Assembly (NCBI GenBank): GCA_030390025.1
Contig: CM059432.1
Coordinates: 34,846,001-34,910,000 of the forward strand
Length of the DNA stretch: 64,000 nucleotides
Origin: Squalus acanthias
Lineage: Eukaryota
Reading direction: 5' to 3'
In this document: positions 13,346 through 27,230 of the stretch, one piece after another
Position numbering within the stretch: position 1 is the first letter of the stretch
Layout: the number at the start of each line of letters is the position of its first letter
Made by a program: the position numbers and the translations under genes
The notes under the pieces: model-generated
What the model saw: only the letters and a program-made list of their open reading frames with translations
Told to the model about the DNA's origin: nothing
Databases searched by the model: none

Positions 13346-14237
13346 GACACCAAGAGCTTAACACTGCTTAACTAGTGCAATAGGATCTGTTAGCAAGACA
13401 GGCCCTCAGCCAAAGGATGGCACCTCTGACAATGCAGCACTCTCCTAGTGCTGCACCAGAGTGTCAACTTAGGCTATGTGTTTAAATCCTAGGGTAGAGC
13501 TTGAATCATAACCTTCTGACTCGGAGGCTAGAGTGCTACCAACTGAGCCACTGCTGACACATCCATGAGCTGCCAATATAATTTGGTGTTGAGCCCCATT
13601 TCCTTTGACAAACAGCCAGGGAGTGTTTTACACAGGGTGGCATACAGCAGCAAGCACTGCTCAGGCACTGTAGTCTTTACTTACTGTCTTTCAGTTCACA
13701 ACTCCCTTGCCTCTGTACCAGACAGTTGTGGTTTCAAGATCCTCTCCACGGGCTGAGCACATGGTCTAGGCCGACACCCCAGATTGCTTTTCCATAAGTG
13801 GCTATTGAAGCAGAGACTATAACAATATTTAAAAGGGGGTTGGAAAAGGAAGAATCTAAAAAGATATAGGGACAGAGGATTTGAGGACACTGCTCCAGTT
13901 GAACAGCGAGCATTAGCATAATGGGCCACGTGGACTCCTGCTGCTCCTGGTCCACAGGAAACATTTAACGATTAAAATTTTCTGCCCTATTCTGGGCCTC
14001 TTGCTCTTTTGCGCCCGGTGCTCCTGGTGATGAAGAAAGGGGATGCGAAAGAATTGGCCAAGAAAATTGATGAGAAAACAAATTGGTGAGTAAAACAATG
14101 GTCTTCAGAATGAGGAGGGATTTGAAAACAAGGATGGAAATTTTGAAATCGAGGCGCTGCTTAACCGGGAGGCCAATGTCCAGGGGTAATGGGCGAACGG
14201 GACTTGGTGCGAGTTAGGACACGGACAGCATAACAAA

Positions 14238-14900
14238 GACCACCTATTTCCACCTCCGTAACATCGCCCATCTCCGCCCTTGCCTCAGCTCATCTGCTGC
14301 TGAAACCCTCATCCATGCCTTTGTTACCTCTAGACTTGACTATTCCAACGCACTCCTGGCAGGCCTCCCACATTCTACCCTACGTAAACTTGAGGTCATC
14401 CAAAACTTGGCTACCTATGTCCTAACTCGCACCAAGTCCCGTTCGTCCATCACCCCTGTGCTCGCTGACCTACATTGGCTCCCGGTTAAGCAACACCTCG
14501 ATTTCAAAATTCTCATCCTTGTTTTCAAATCCCTCCATGGCCTTGCCCCTCCCTATCTCTGTAATCTCCTTCAGCCCCACAACCTCTCAAGATATCTGCG
14601 CTCCACTAATTCTGCCCTCTTGAGCATCCCTGATTATAGTCGCTCAACCATTGGTGGCCGTGCCTTCTGTTGCCTAGGCCCTAAGCTCTGGAACTCCCTG
14701 CCTAAACCTCTCCGCCTCGCTACCTCTCTTTCCTCTTTAAGACGCTCCTTAAAACCTACCTCTTTGACCAAGCTTTTGGTCACCTGCCCTAATTTCTCCT
14801 TATGTGGCTCGGTGTCAAATTTTTTGTCTTATAATACTCTGTGCAGCGCCTTGGGATGTTTTACTACATTAAAGGCGCTATATAAATACAAGTTGTTGTT
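14238..14900 (+). mobile_element. L2 LINE 3' fragment, preceded by a short inverted L2 piece at 14116-14230
   Basis: ITPVLADLHWLPVKQHLDFKILILVFKSLHGLAPPYL; ends AAAGGCGCTATATAAATACAAGTTGTTGTTG. Confidence 0.88.
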
Positions 14901-15869
14901 GAGGCTTTCTGGCACACTCCCACCTTAAGTTGGACTCAAACTTTATCATTCCCATGAGGGAGGACATGGCTTGGTGGAGGGGACTTCCAGTCCGGGAGGA
15001 GCCTTGGCCCTGGCCCCAGCCCCGGCCTGGGATCCGCTGGGGGACAGGAGGCCTACCGTCCAGTGAAAATATGGCTCATGTGGGCATCTTGAGCTGGAAT
15101 ACCCCCCAACCAACTTCACCAGCTATCCGTCCTGATCAGATCTCTTCATAAGTAGCAGTAGACTTGTTGAAAGTGAATGACCTCCGCTGCTTCTCCCACC
15201 TCTGCATTTCTGGCAGGTACTCGAGATGACCCCACAGTAATATGCTAATATGCTAATTAGGGAACCTCCCCCCTAGGTTCGGGGCTCCTTGGACGACAGA
15301 TGCCAGCACTTCCTTTGGGAGTCAAAGGCCCTTCGATGTTCGAGTGCTGTCTCTGTAAAATGTCAAGTGAACTCCTCCTTCAGTACAGGTCCTACTGGCT
15401 GCACCTTATCTACATTACAACCTCTCCGCCTCGCTACCTCTCTTTCCTCCCTCATTTCAAAAGTACTTCATTGGCTGTAAATCACTTTGGGACGTCCTGA
15501 AGTCGTGAAAGGCGAAAAATATCAGCTGATCCCAAGTCTTTCTTTCTTTATTTAAAAAGAGCCGTGGAAAGCGGATTTCCATCTGGAGTATGAACCTTCT
15601 AAAAAGACAGCTGAAAACATATACTGGGTATATCACTGGATGAGTAATCCAGAGGACTGGATTAATAATCCCAGCATGGCAGTTTGGAAATGAAAATTTG
15701 GTATGAGTAAAAGTGACCATGAAGCTGTTGGATTTTCATAAAAGCCCAACAGGTTCACTAATCTCCCTTCAGGGAAGGAAGCCTGAGGTCCTTATCCGTT
15801 CTGGCCTACATGTGACTCCAGTCCCACACCAATGTGGTTGACTATTAACTGTCCTCTGAAATGACCTAG

Positions 15870-16478
15870 CAACAACAACAACATGCATTTATATAGCACC
15901 TTTAGCATAGTAAAATGTCCCAAGGCACTTCACAGGAGCATTATCAAACAAAATTGGACACCCAGCCACATAAGGAGATATTAGGCAGGTGACCAAAAGC
16001 TTGGCCAAAGAGGTAGGTTTTAAGGAGCGTCTTAAAAGAGGAAAGAGAGGTAGAGAGGCGGAGAGGTTTTGGGAGGGAATTCCACAGTTTAGGGCCGTGG
16101 CAGCTGAAGGCACGGCCACCAATGGTGCAGCGATTAATATCGGAGATGCTCAAGAGGCCAGAGTTGGAGGAGTGCAGATATCACGGAGGGTTGGAGGGCT
16201 GGAGGAGATTGCAGAGATAGGGAGAGGCGAGGCGAGGCCATAAAGGGATTTGAAAACAAGAATAAGAATTTTGAAATCGCGGCGTTGCTTAACCGGGAGC
16301 CAATTTAGGTCAGGATGTCGGACAAGCAGTTTGACAATTTACAGACAGTGGGAGGGGTCGAGAGAGGTAGTGGTGAGGCAGAGCTGGGTGTCGTCAGCGT
16401 ACATGTGGAACCTGATGCTGTGTTTTCGGATGATGTCGCCAAGGGGCAGCATGTAGATAAGAAATAGGAGGGGGCCAA
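15870..16478 (-). mobile_element. L2 LINE 3' fragment
   Basis: Same family as 14238-14900: GGRAFSCHGPKLWNSLP, (CAA)n tail. Confidence 0.85.
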
Positions 16479-18709
16479 CCCTCCCAGTTGTGTTAATTAA
16501 TATAAATTATTAGCTACTTACCATAGCCGCTGCTGCTTTGTAGGGAGAGACAGCAATTTGAACAAGACAAAGGACATCACTATCATTTTTATTAGAATTC
16601 AAGTCAACAGAGATTGCAGAGTAGAAGCTTTTGCCCTTTAATCTCATCTAATTCTCTTTGCCTCCAGATTTGCTTCATTAAAAGCTGTAAATCCTTTACT
16701 CCTCTACTACACAGCCAGTATTGACAAAAGTGCCGGACAGATGACCAACACCTGACATTAGCAGAGCCTGGCAGTGAGTCTAATGTGTAGCAATCGGAGA
16801 AAGAGAGTGATGAAGCCGAGTGACCTTGTTGGGACCCAGCTGCTTAGCAAGGTCTTAATCAGCAGCCAATCTATTTTTGTTATTGTGAAGGGCCAAAGTT
16901 CATAGTTCAAGACACCACCAAGGTCACAAAAAGTATTAGTGATAAAACAGGATGTATTGGTTAGACGAAGACAAGTCCTGGTGTTTAAAAGGAATTCAAC
17001 AGGAAGGAAAGATCACGAGAGGTAAGGTCTTCGTTGGGCTTGGGGTCCTGGGGAAGAATGAGTTAGAGTTGGCGAGGCAACGATGAATCTTTATTTCAAC
17101 ACAATGAGGATGCAGTGCGGAGGAAGAGTGTGTACAATGACATATTTAGAGTTAAGAGAAACAAGACAGAAGAGTTTAGAGGATAACATAGAGAAAGGTA
17201 AGTTTATTTTTAGCCCCGTAAAAAACTTTAATTATTTTTTTCAAAAAATTAATTTTTTGTTTAAAATATTTAATTTAATGTAATTTTAATTCATTTTAAA
17301 AAACGATGGTTTTTTAAAAATGTATTCAATGTTTTAGTGTCTTTTTGGGGTGATCTCCATTCATATATTTGTCAGGTCTATCTGTCAAAAGTATGAAGGG
17401 AGATTCCCTTCTCCTATTGGCTGGCCTGGCCCACGTGATCCCAGGGTCGCTTGTGAACTGCATGTGCCCCTGGGATACGTGGGCCCTGCGCATTTCGACT
17501 GTGGAGAGGCCCAGGAGCGGAAGTGTCCAGACCTTGGGAGCCTTCAGGTAAGTTCGTAGATTTTTTTCTGATAGGAGGCATCCGCACGCAGGAAGCCTCC
17601 TATCAGAAATTATGGGCCATTGGTTGAGAGAATCCTTGTGATGTGTGTGATCCTCAGGTTTATCAAGAAAAAAGAAAGACTTGCATTTATATAGCGCCTT
17701 TCACGACCACCAGATGTCCCAAAGCACTTTACAACCAATGAAATACTTTTTGAAGTGTAGTCACTGTTGTAATGTAGGAAACGTGGCAGCCAATTTGCAC
17801 ACAGCAAACTTCCACAAACAGCAATGTAATAATGACCAGATAATCTGCTTTTAGTGATGTTGATTAAGGGATAAATATTGGCCAGGATACTGGAGATAAC
17901 TCCCCTGCACTTCTTCAAAGTAGTGTTGCACTAAGTGTTGGAAGGTTGAGTCTCTGGAGCACAGGATCTCAAGAAACAATTGCCCACACTCGGCAACATT
18001 GCAGAGGATGAGGGGTTTCTGGATTGTACTCTACAGAATGTGGTCACCCACAGTGTTAGACAGTTCAGGACACAGGAATTATGTAGAAAGAGAGAAGTGG
18101 TGGCCATCCAAGGAGGCAAAAGATGGAGCCAGGACTCGCTAGGATAGGAGACCCCTGAGTTTCTGGAACTATCCAATAGATACTTAAGCCCCGATTTTAA
18201 CTCGGGCAAGTGGAAAAACGCCTTGATCTCGACAGTGTGAAGCTCGGGCGAGTTTAACTCCTGGGCTTCACCTGCATGCCGCTGGTCAGATACCTGCCTG
18301 AAACCAGCAAGAAGGAGTGCAATGTCAGGTGGCAGGAATCCGCCAGGGCAGGGGAACCAAACAAACGGCCCCACCGTTCAGGTAAGTTGCTGGAAGAGGA
18401 TTTCGGGAGGACCTCGCGATCAAGGCAGGGGAGACCTAAACTTTTCTTGTGGGGCCGGGGGAAGCACTCCTGCCCTTCCTGGCACCCACATTGAAAGTTA
18501 AAAAAAAGTTTTTAAAAAATGACCTATTTGGGCCTCTTCTGGCCCCGATTCTTCTTTCCACTATCTTCACCTGGTGGGGAAGCCACAATGGCTCCCCCAC
18601 TCAGGCCACCAGTTAAAACAGAAGTTGGGGACCGATGATGTCATATTTAAAGGACCCGCCAATTTCCAACACGTGTCCTTCACGTCTGCTCAGAAGACCA
18701 TGTTAAAAG

Positions 18710-19120
18710 AAGAAAGAAAGAAAGAACTTGCGTTTATATTGCACCTTTCACCTCAGGACATCCACAAGCGCGTTACATCTAATGAAGTACTTTTGAAGTG
18801 TAGTCACTGTTGTAATGTAGGAAACGCGGCAGCTAATTTGCACACAGCAAGCTCCCACAAACAACAATGAAATAAATGACCAAATCATCTGTTTAATGAT
18901 GTTGGTTGAGGGATGAATGTTAGCCAGGACACCGGGGATAACTCCCCTGCTCATCTTCGAAATAGTGCCATGGGATTTTTTACTTCCAGCTGAGAGCAGA
19001 CGGGGCCTCGGTTTAACGTCTCATCTGAAAGACGGCACCTCCGACAGCGCACCGCTCCCTCAGCACTGAGCTGGTGTCAGCCTAGACTTTGTGTTCAAGG
19101 GATTTTGAACTCATGACCTC
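18710..19120 (-). mobile_element. Deu-domain SINE
   Basis: Reverse complement of the family at 25773-26240. Confidence 0.8.
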
Positions 19121-20516
19121 CTGCTTTACCTGTATCCTTTCATATCATTTCTCTGCACATGAATTGAGGCACTGGTTAAATGAATATATCTAACTTTATG
19201 ATAACGTTGCAGCTGCAAGATTAATGTTGTGATAAACAATACAATTCCCGACAAGCTTAAATCTTGTTATTCCAAGTGGAACATGTCCTATCTGAAAGCT
19301 TTAATGAGACTTCAGTTCTGATCCACCTTATCAGTTTAATTTGAATCTGTGTGTCGATAAGCGAAGGAGATGTAAAAAATCTTATCTTGAGCACCGAACC
19401 AAAGCACAATTACCCACGCCAGCTGTTGTCCACTATTAAACATTTATCTCTCCTTATTCTGGCTAAAAAGAAAAATAAATGCTGTAGCCTAGAAATTTAT
19501 TGATGCCATGACTGTTTTATAGATGTTAAATGGGCGCCTAAATGTCCAAGATGGTGGGAGGACACACATTCTGTGTCGGAATTTTGCCGCCAGCCATATT
19601 GACAAGAGCTGAAGTACAGGCGTCCAGGACCCGCGTCTGAAACAGGCATTAGGCCCTTTGCATATGCTAATAAGGGGGCCTAAAGCCTGTTTCAGGACCC
19701 ATTTCCAAAATTGGGCTTCCCTGAACGCAGCCGGCACGGGGTTGGCTGCGATTAGGATAACCAGGTCTAAATGCGGCCTAACTTTAAAAAAAACGCTGGA
19801 GACTGTCACCAAAATGTTTGTTTTTAAAATGCTTACCTGAATTTGAAGCAGTAGGGCCAAAGTCCATTGTCGGCCCATCCTGGCCCGCCAAGTCCTTCCT
19901 GAGGGCCACTGGCGGCGGTGCAGCAGTACCAAATTTAAATCCGCTTCGCTGGAGAGCTGCCTGGGGACTCATAATAAGTGTCCGCAGCTCGCCAGTCTAT
20001 ATTAAATATCGGGTGCACCTTGGCCTATCCGTTCCGGCACAGAGATCATTCGCTGCACTCAGTTCACGCTGGCAGGCTGGTACTATCCGATTTCAGAGTA
20101 CCCTGGAACAATAGCTGGCCGACACTCACACATGTAGAGGGACTGGGTGGCTGAGGTACGGGATGGTGACTGGACTCCGTGGGACCGCACTCCAGCCAGC
20201 AAGAGTCAGCGCCTTCAGAAGAGATGGGGTGAAAACTGAAAGGAGTGAAAGCCCATTGGGCTGGGGTGAAGACCAGCCTGCAGTACTGCCCAGAGTCAAT
20301 GGGTGGCAGGAACGGAGCATTTTATAAAACTCGCTGGATATTTTCAAACAGGTTCTTCCCCAAGGTGATTGAATCATGTCTTTCTTCCACTTTGAAGCTT
20401 TGCTGCTTTTGCTCCCAGTTATTTTTTTTACTTCTTTTGGTGATTCACATATGACTTATTACAACTTATTACCAGCCTCCCCCTCGCCATGACTGTGAAC
20501 AAGAAAATTGGTTATC

Positions 20517-22696
20517 TCCTTTTATCCTCCCCTCACTCTCCCCCTTTTACCCTCCCTCACTCTCCCCCTTTTACCCTCTCCTCACTCTCTCCCCTTTTAT
20601 CCTCCCCTCACTCTCTCCCCTTTTATCCTCTCCTCACTCTCTCCCCTTTTATCCTCCCCTCACTCTCCCCCTTTTATCCTCTCCTCACTCTCCCCCTTTT
20701 ACCCTCCCCTCACTCTCTCCCCCTTTTATCCTCCCCTCACTCTCTCCCCCTTTTACTCTCCCCTCACTCTCCCCCTTTTACCCTCCCCTCACTCTCTCCC
20801 CCTTTTACTCTCCCCTCACTCTCCCCCTTTTATCCTCTCCTCACTCTCTCCCCCTTTTACTCTCCCCTCACTCTCCCCCTTTTACCCTCCCCTCACTCTC
20901 TCCCCCTTTTATCCTCCCCTCACTCTCTCCCCCTTTTATCCTCCCCTCACTCTCCCCCTTTTATCCTCCCCTCACTCTCTCCCCCTTTTATCCTCCCCTC
21001 ACTCTCCCCCTTTTATCCTCCCCTCACTCTCCCCCCTTTTATCCTCCCCTCACTCTCCCCCTTTTATCCTCCCCTCACTCTCCCCCTTTTACCCTCCCCT
21101 CACTCTCTCCCCCTTTTATCCTCCCCTCACTCTCCCCCTTTTATCCTCCCCTCACTCTCTCCCCCTTTTACCCTCCCCTCACTCTCTCCCCCTTTTACCC
21201 TCTTCTCACTCTCTCCCCCTTTTATCCTCCCCTCACTCTCCCCCTTTTATCCTCCCCTCACTCTCCCCCTTTTACCCTCCCATCACTCTCTCCCCCTTTT
21301 ATCCTCCCCTCACTCTCCCCCTTTTATCCTCCCCTCACTCTCCCCCTTTTACCCTCCCCTCACTCTCTCCCCCTTTTATCCTCCCCTCACTCTCCCCCTT
21401 TTACCCTCCCCTCACTCTCCCCCTTTTATCCTCCCCTCACTCTCTCCCTTTTACCCTCCCCTCACTCTCTCCCTTTTATCCTCCCCTCACTCTCCCCCTT
21501 TTACCCTCCCCTCACTCTCTCCCTTTTACACTCCCCTCACTCTCTCCCTTTTACCCTCCCCTCACTCTCTCCCTTTTACCCTCCCCTCACTCTCTCCCTT
21601 TTACACTCCCCTCACTCTCTCCCTTTTACCCTCCCCTCACTCTCTCCCTTTTACCCTCCCCTCACTCTCTCCCTTTTACCCTCCCCTCACTCTCTCCCCC
21701 TTTTACCCTCTTCTCACTCTCTCCCCCTTTTATCCTCCCCTCACTCTCCCCCTTTTATCCTCCCCTCACTCTTCCCCTTTTACCCTCCCCTCACTCTCTC
21801 CCCCTTTTATCCTCCCCTCACTCTCTCCCCCTTTTATCCTCCCCTCACTCTCCCCCTTTTACCCTCCCCTCACTCTCCCCCTTTTATCCTCCCCTCACTC
21901 TCCCCCTTTTATCCTCCCCTCACTCTCCCCCTTTTATCCTCCCCTCACTCTCCCCCTTTTACCCTCCCCTCACTCTCCCCCTTTTATCCTCCCCTCACTC
22001 TCTCCCCCTTTTTTCCTCCCCTCACTCTCCCCCTTTTACCCTCCCCTCACTCTCTCCCCCTTTTACCCTCCCCTCACTCTCCCCCTTTTATCCTCCCCTC
22101 ACTCTCTCCCTTTTACCCTCCCCTCACTCTCCCCCTTTTACCCTCCCCTCACTCTCTCCCTTTTACACTCCCCTCACTCTCTCCCTTTTACCCTCCCCTC
22201 ACTCTCTCCCTTTTACCCTCCCCTCACTCTCTCCCTTTTACCCTCCCCTCACTCTCTCCCTTTTACACTCCCCTCACTCTCTCCCTTTTATCCTCCCCTC
22301 ACTCTCTCCCTTTTACCCTCCCCTCACTCTCTCCCTTTTACCCTCCCCTCACTCTCCCCCTTTTACCCTCCCCTCACTCTCCCCCTTTTACCCTCCCCTC
22401 ACTCTCTCCCTTTTACCCTCCCCTCACTCTCTCCCTTTTACCTCCCCTCACTCTCTCCCTTTTATCCTCCCCTCAGTCTCTCCCTTTTACCCTCCCCTCA
22501 CTCTCCCCCTTTTACCCTCCCCTCACTCTCCCCTTTTATCCTCCTCTCACTCTCTCCCTTTTACCCTCCCCTCACTCTCCCCCTTTTACCCTCCCCTCAC
22601 TCTCCCCCTTTTATCCTCCCCTCAGTCTCTCCCTTTTACCCTCCCCTCACTCTCTCCCTTTTACACTCCCCTCACTCTCCTCCTTTTACTCTCCCT
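20517..22696. repeat. Polypyrimidine/polypurine minisatellite, 25-27-bp unit TTTTA(C/T)CCTCCCCTCACTCT(CT)CCCCC, roughly 80-85 copies
   Basis: Directly visible; the top strand has almost no G. Confidence 0.97.
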
Positions 22697-24479
22697 GCAG
22701 TGTCCCCTTGAGAACATATTCCAGGCTGACACTCCATTGCACGAGGATATGGTGCACTGTTGGAGGTGGCATCTTCAGCTTAAACTGAGGTAGTGTCTAC
22801 TTGTTTGGGGCGGGGGAGGGGTCTTGAAGAAGATTAGGGAGCTCTTCTAGTGCCCTGGCCAACATTCCTCCCTCAACCAACACCACCAAAACCAAATCCT
22901 GGCACTCCCTACCTAACAGCATTGTGGGTGTACCTTCACCACTTGGACTGCAGCGGTTCAAGAAGACTGCCCATCACCACCTTCTCAAGGGCAACTAAGG
23001 ATGGCCAATAAATGCCAGCCTTGCTAGTGAGGCCCACAATCCGAAGAATGATAAATAAACAAAGATAAAATCTCAATAAATTGAAAATTTAATAGTGCGA
23101 TAAATAGAGCAGGAAGGATCTGAACCCAAATAGAAATGAATTGTTCCACCTGGCTGAAATCACCATAACGATCACATGCTCATTTCTTAAGTGCTCAGGT
23201 TCAGATTGTCATCCAGCAGGGACCAGCTAAAAGCATCTTTTAATATTATTCCGTGTTGTCTGACTGGCAGTTCTAGCACAACTTCTTTTATTCAGGTTTA
23301 TGCTTTATAAATTCAAACATTTAATATCTATGATTCAGTTTTTCAAGTTTTTTATTATGTATCTTACTGCATCCAATCTTTGAAGAACTGCCAAAATATT
23401 TAACTCCTTGGGTCATTATCCACAACTGTTCCTTGTATTTTTCAAGAAAGACAGAGCTGCATACTGATAGCAGAGGAACCGAGAGGAAAGAAAGACAAAC
23501 AGAAAGCGAGTAAACGGAAACAAAGACAAGAGAAAACATAAATAGAGAGCGCGGTAAAGGGAGGGAGACAGAAAAGAGAGGGAATAAAGAACAGAGAGAA
23601 AGAGCAAGTGAGAAAGACAGGCAAAAAGGGAGAAAAACAGAGAAAGAAAGAGAGGGAGAGACAAAAAAAGCAAGTGTGTGCCAGATTTCCTATTTGTGTT
23701 CCCAGTAGCGTAGATTCATACATATTGTTCCAAGGCAGTGGCTTGTGGGTGGAAGACCCTTCAGCGACACTAGAAACACGTATCAAGAATTGTGGTACAG
23801 AGGTCACGATAGAAAGGTCTGTATGTTATGCCTGAATAAACACTGAAGTTGGTGTGGTACTGTAATGGCTGCTTTTATTTCAAACTCTCTGGAACATTCC
23901 CTTTATATATAACAAACATTAGTGTAACACAAGTGATAGAGAATCGGCTGTCCGTTTTACATCTCTCCCAATTTTTACTTGCATTGACTTTCCGATTTAC
24001 TATCACCTGTTTAATACTATTGCACAAAGTCAAGATCTACCCCAATATAAGAGGAGACCAGAGCATGGAATACCTACAGTATGCTTGCTCCCATTAGGGA
24101 GCCCTCTAGTGTTCTATTAGCATTATGCAAGTACAATGCATACCTCTGACCTCCCAGCCAGAATATGTGCTACCACTGAGTGAATCTCCATTCTGGGAGC
24201 TCAAGTGCGTAAAACCTATGCAAAAGCTACACTAACCCTCCTAGCGCAGTTTGTATTATCGGAGGTGAAGGCCAAAAGTGTGTGAGCAAGGTAAGTGTTT
24301 ACATAATTTCAAGCCCCAAGTGAGACTTTGCAAGGCCCACAGTGTGTGCTTTCCACCCGCCCCCGCTCCCCCAGCCCTACCAGACTCTGTTACAAAATGC
24401 AGCACCAGTTCGATCGCTGTGCATAGGCCTGTAGGCCCAATTTTTTGCTCTCAAATCTCAGCGAGGCTCCACTCCCACA

Positions 24480-25155
24480 CAGTAAGTTGTGTAGATGGGG
24501 ACAGGAAGTTACAAAGGGGCATATATCTTTTTTGTTATATATTAATGACCTGGACTTGGGTATACAGGGCATAATTTCAAAATCTGCAGATGAAACGGAA
24601 CTCGGAAATGTAGTAAACAATGAGGAGGATAGTAACAGACTTCAAGAGAAAATAGACAGACTGGTGAAATGGACAGACACATGGCAGATGAAATTTAATG
24701 CAGAGAAGTGTGAAGTGATACATTTTGGTAGGAAGAATGAGGAGAGGCAATAGAAACTAAATGATACAATTTTAAAGGGGGTGTAGAAACAGAGAGAACT
24801 GGGGGTGTATGTACACAAATCTTTGAAGGTGGCGGGACAAGTTGCAAAGGCTGTTAAAAAAGCACATCGGATCCTTGGCTTTATTAATAGAGGAATAGAG
24901 TACAAAAGCAAGGAAGTTATGCTAAACCTTTATAAAACACTGGTTAGGCCTCAGCTAAAGTGTGTTCAATTCTGGGCACCACACTTTAGGAAGGATGTTA
25001 AGGCCTTAGAGAGGGTGCAGAAGAGATTTACTGGAATGGTTCCTGGGATGAGTGACTTCAGTTATGTTTAGAGACTGGAGAAGCTGGGGTTGTTCTCCTT
25101 AGAGCAGAGAAGGTTAAGAGGAGATTTAATAGAGGTGTTCAAAATCATGAACGGT
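24480..25155 (+). mobile_element. CR1 RT 3' fragment
   Basis: YINDLDLG...KSADETEL...WQMKFNAEKCEVIHFG...CVQFWAP. Confidence 0.88.
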
Positions 25156-25159
25156 TAAG

Positions 25160-26835
25160 AACATTAGAATTAGGAGCAGGAGTAGGCCATATTGCCCCTC
25201 GCGCCTGCTCTGCCATTCAATAAGATTATGGCTTATCTTCCACCTCAACACCACTTTCCCGCCCGATCTCCATATCGCTTGATTCCCCTAGAGTCCAAAA
25301 ATCTATCTATCTCAGCCTTGAATATACTCAACGACTGAGCGTCCACAACCCTTTGGTATAGAGAATTCCAAAGATTCACAAGCCTATGAGTGAGGAAATT
25401 CCTCCTTATCTCAGTCTTAAATGGCCGACCCCTTATCCTGAGACGATGCCCCCTAGTTCTAGACTCTCCAGTCAGGGGAAACAACCTCTCAGCATCTACC
25501 CTGTCAATCCCCCTCAGAATTTTGTATGTTTCAATGAGATCACCTCTCATTCTTCTAAACTCCAGAGAGTATAGGCCCAATCTACTCAATCTCTCCTCAC
25601 AGGACAACCCTCTCATCCTAGGACTCAATCTAGTGATGCTTCGATGCACCGCCTCTGAGGCAAGTATATCCTTCCTCAGATAAGGAGACCAAACCTGTGC
25701 ACAGTACTCCAGGTGTGGTCTCACCAAAGCCCTGTACAATTGTAGCAAGACTTCCCTGCTCTTGTACGCAGTTGTGTCAGCTGTGGCTCAGTTGGTAGCA
25801 CACTCGCCTCTGAGTCAGAAGGTTGTGGGTTCAAGTCTCACTCCAGGGACTTGAGCACATAAAGCTAGGCTGACACTGCAGTGCAGTGCCGAAGGAGTGC
25901 TGCACTGTCGAAGGTGACGTCTTTCGGATGAGATGTTAAACCGAGGCCCTGTCTACTTTCTCAAGTGGACGTAAAAGATCCCATGGCACTATTTCGAAGA
26001 AGAGCAGGGGAGTTATCCCTGGTGTCCTGGCCAATATTTATCCCTCAACCAACATAACAAAAACAGATTATCTGGTCATTATCACATTGTTGTTTGTGGG
26101 AGCTTGCTGTGTGCAAATTGGTTGCCGCGTTTCCCACATTGCAACAGTGACTCCACTTCAAAAGTACTTCATTGGCTGTAAAGTGCTTTGAGATGTCTGG
26201 TGGTCGTGAAAGGCGCTATATAAATGCAAGTCTTTCTTTCACTAAACCAAGTCTTTCTTTACTTTACTCCAACCCCCTTGCAATAAAGGCCAACATGCCA
26301 CTTGCTTTCCTAATTGCTTGCTGTACCTGCATGCAAACTCTCTGTGTGTCCTGTTCGAGGACACCTAAATTTCTCTGAAACCCAACATTTAATAGTTTCT
26401 CACCATTTAAAAAATATTCTGTTTTCCTATTCTTCCTACCAAAGTGAATAACCTCACATTTCCCCACATTATATTCCATCTGCCACCTTATTGCCCACTC
26501 ACTTAACCTGTCTATATCCCTTTGCAGGCTCTTTGTGTCCTCCTCACAGCTTACTTCCCCACCTAGCTTTGTATTGTCAGCAAACTTGGATACATTGCAC
26601 TCGGTCCCTTCATCTAAGTCATTAATATAAATTGTAAATACCAGAGGCCCAAACACTGATCCTTGACACACCCCACTAGTTACAACCTGCGAACCTGAAA
26701 ATGACCTGTTTATCCCTAATCTCTGTTTTCTGTCCGTTAACCAATCCTCTATCCATGCTAATATATTACCCCCAACCCCATGAGCCCTTATCTTGCGTAA
26801 CAACCTTTTATGCGGCACTTTATCGAATGCCTTTG
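25160..26835 (-). mobile_element. CR1 RT 3' fragment interrupted by a Deu-SINE
   Basis: GVCQGSVFGP, KFADNTK, YCAQVWSP, RRMRGDLIE. Confidence 0.9.
25773..26240 (+). mobile_element. Full-length tRNA-derived Deu-domain SINE (SacSINE1/AmnSINE-like). More than 15 further copies or fragments, e.g. 6870-7110, 9270-9720, 13400-13560, 17670-17925, 36125-36697, 37563-37835, 46830-47210, 49945-50510, 52770-53020, 53130-54462, 55040-55205, 59185-59610
   Basis: A box TGGCTCAGTTGG and B box GGTTCAAGTC. Deu core TAAACCGAGG...AAAGATCCCATGGCACT...GGTGTCCTGGCCAA. L2-like tail AAAGGCGCTATATAAATGCAAG(TCTT)n. Confidence 0.88.
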
Positions 26836-27230
26836 GTTAAATTGTGAGGACAGGTTGCATAAACTTGGCTTGTATTCACGAGGTTAGATGGTTGAGAGAT
26901 GATCTAATCGAGGTGTTTAAATTGATAAAGGGATTAATAGTGCAGATACAGAAAAACTATTTCCTTTGGTGGGGGAATCCAGAACAAGTGGCATAAACTT
27001 AAAATTAGAACTAAGCCATTCGGGAGTGGAATCAGGAAGCACTTTTCACACAAAGGGTAGTAGAAATCTGGAACTCGCTCCCAAGAGGCTGTGGATGCTG
27101 AGGTAAGGGCATCAAGGGATATGGAACAAAGGTAAGTAAATGGAGGTGCGGTACAGATCAGCCATCATCTAATAGTATTGCAGAATAGGCTCAAAGGGTT
27201 GAATAGTCTACTCCTGTTCCTATGTTCCCA
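26836..27230 (+). mobile_element. CR1 3' end, about 110 bp upstream of the TMIE exon
   Basis: Typical CR1 3' region ending CTACTCCTGTTCCTATGTTCC. Confidence 0.8.

Noticed and set aside
17083..17203. ATG-to-GTAAGT segment as TMIE exon 1
   Set aside because: The peptide is hydrophilic, the donor is phase 1 in that frame, and it lies at the edge of a repeat.
19327..19340. U2 snRNA-like 14-mer CTTATCAGTTTAAT
   Set aside because: The match does not extend; likely chance.
20489..22793. 740- and 761-aa Pro/Leu/Ser-rich ORFs
   Set aside because: Translation of a nearly G-free minisatellite whose unit contains no stop triplet.
24180..24296. Candidate TMIE exon 1 ending AAG|GTAAGT
   Set aside because: The phase-0 frame has no ATG after the upstream stop and no signal-peptide character.
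25780..25850. tRNA genes
   Set aside because: These are SINE heads continuing into Deu-domain bodies.
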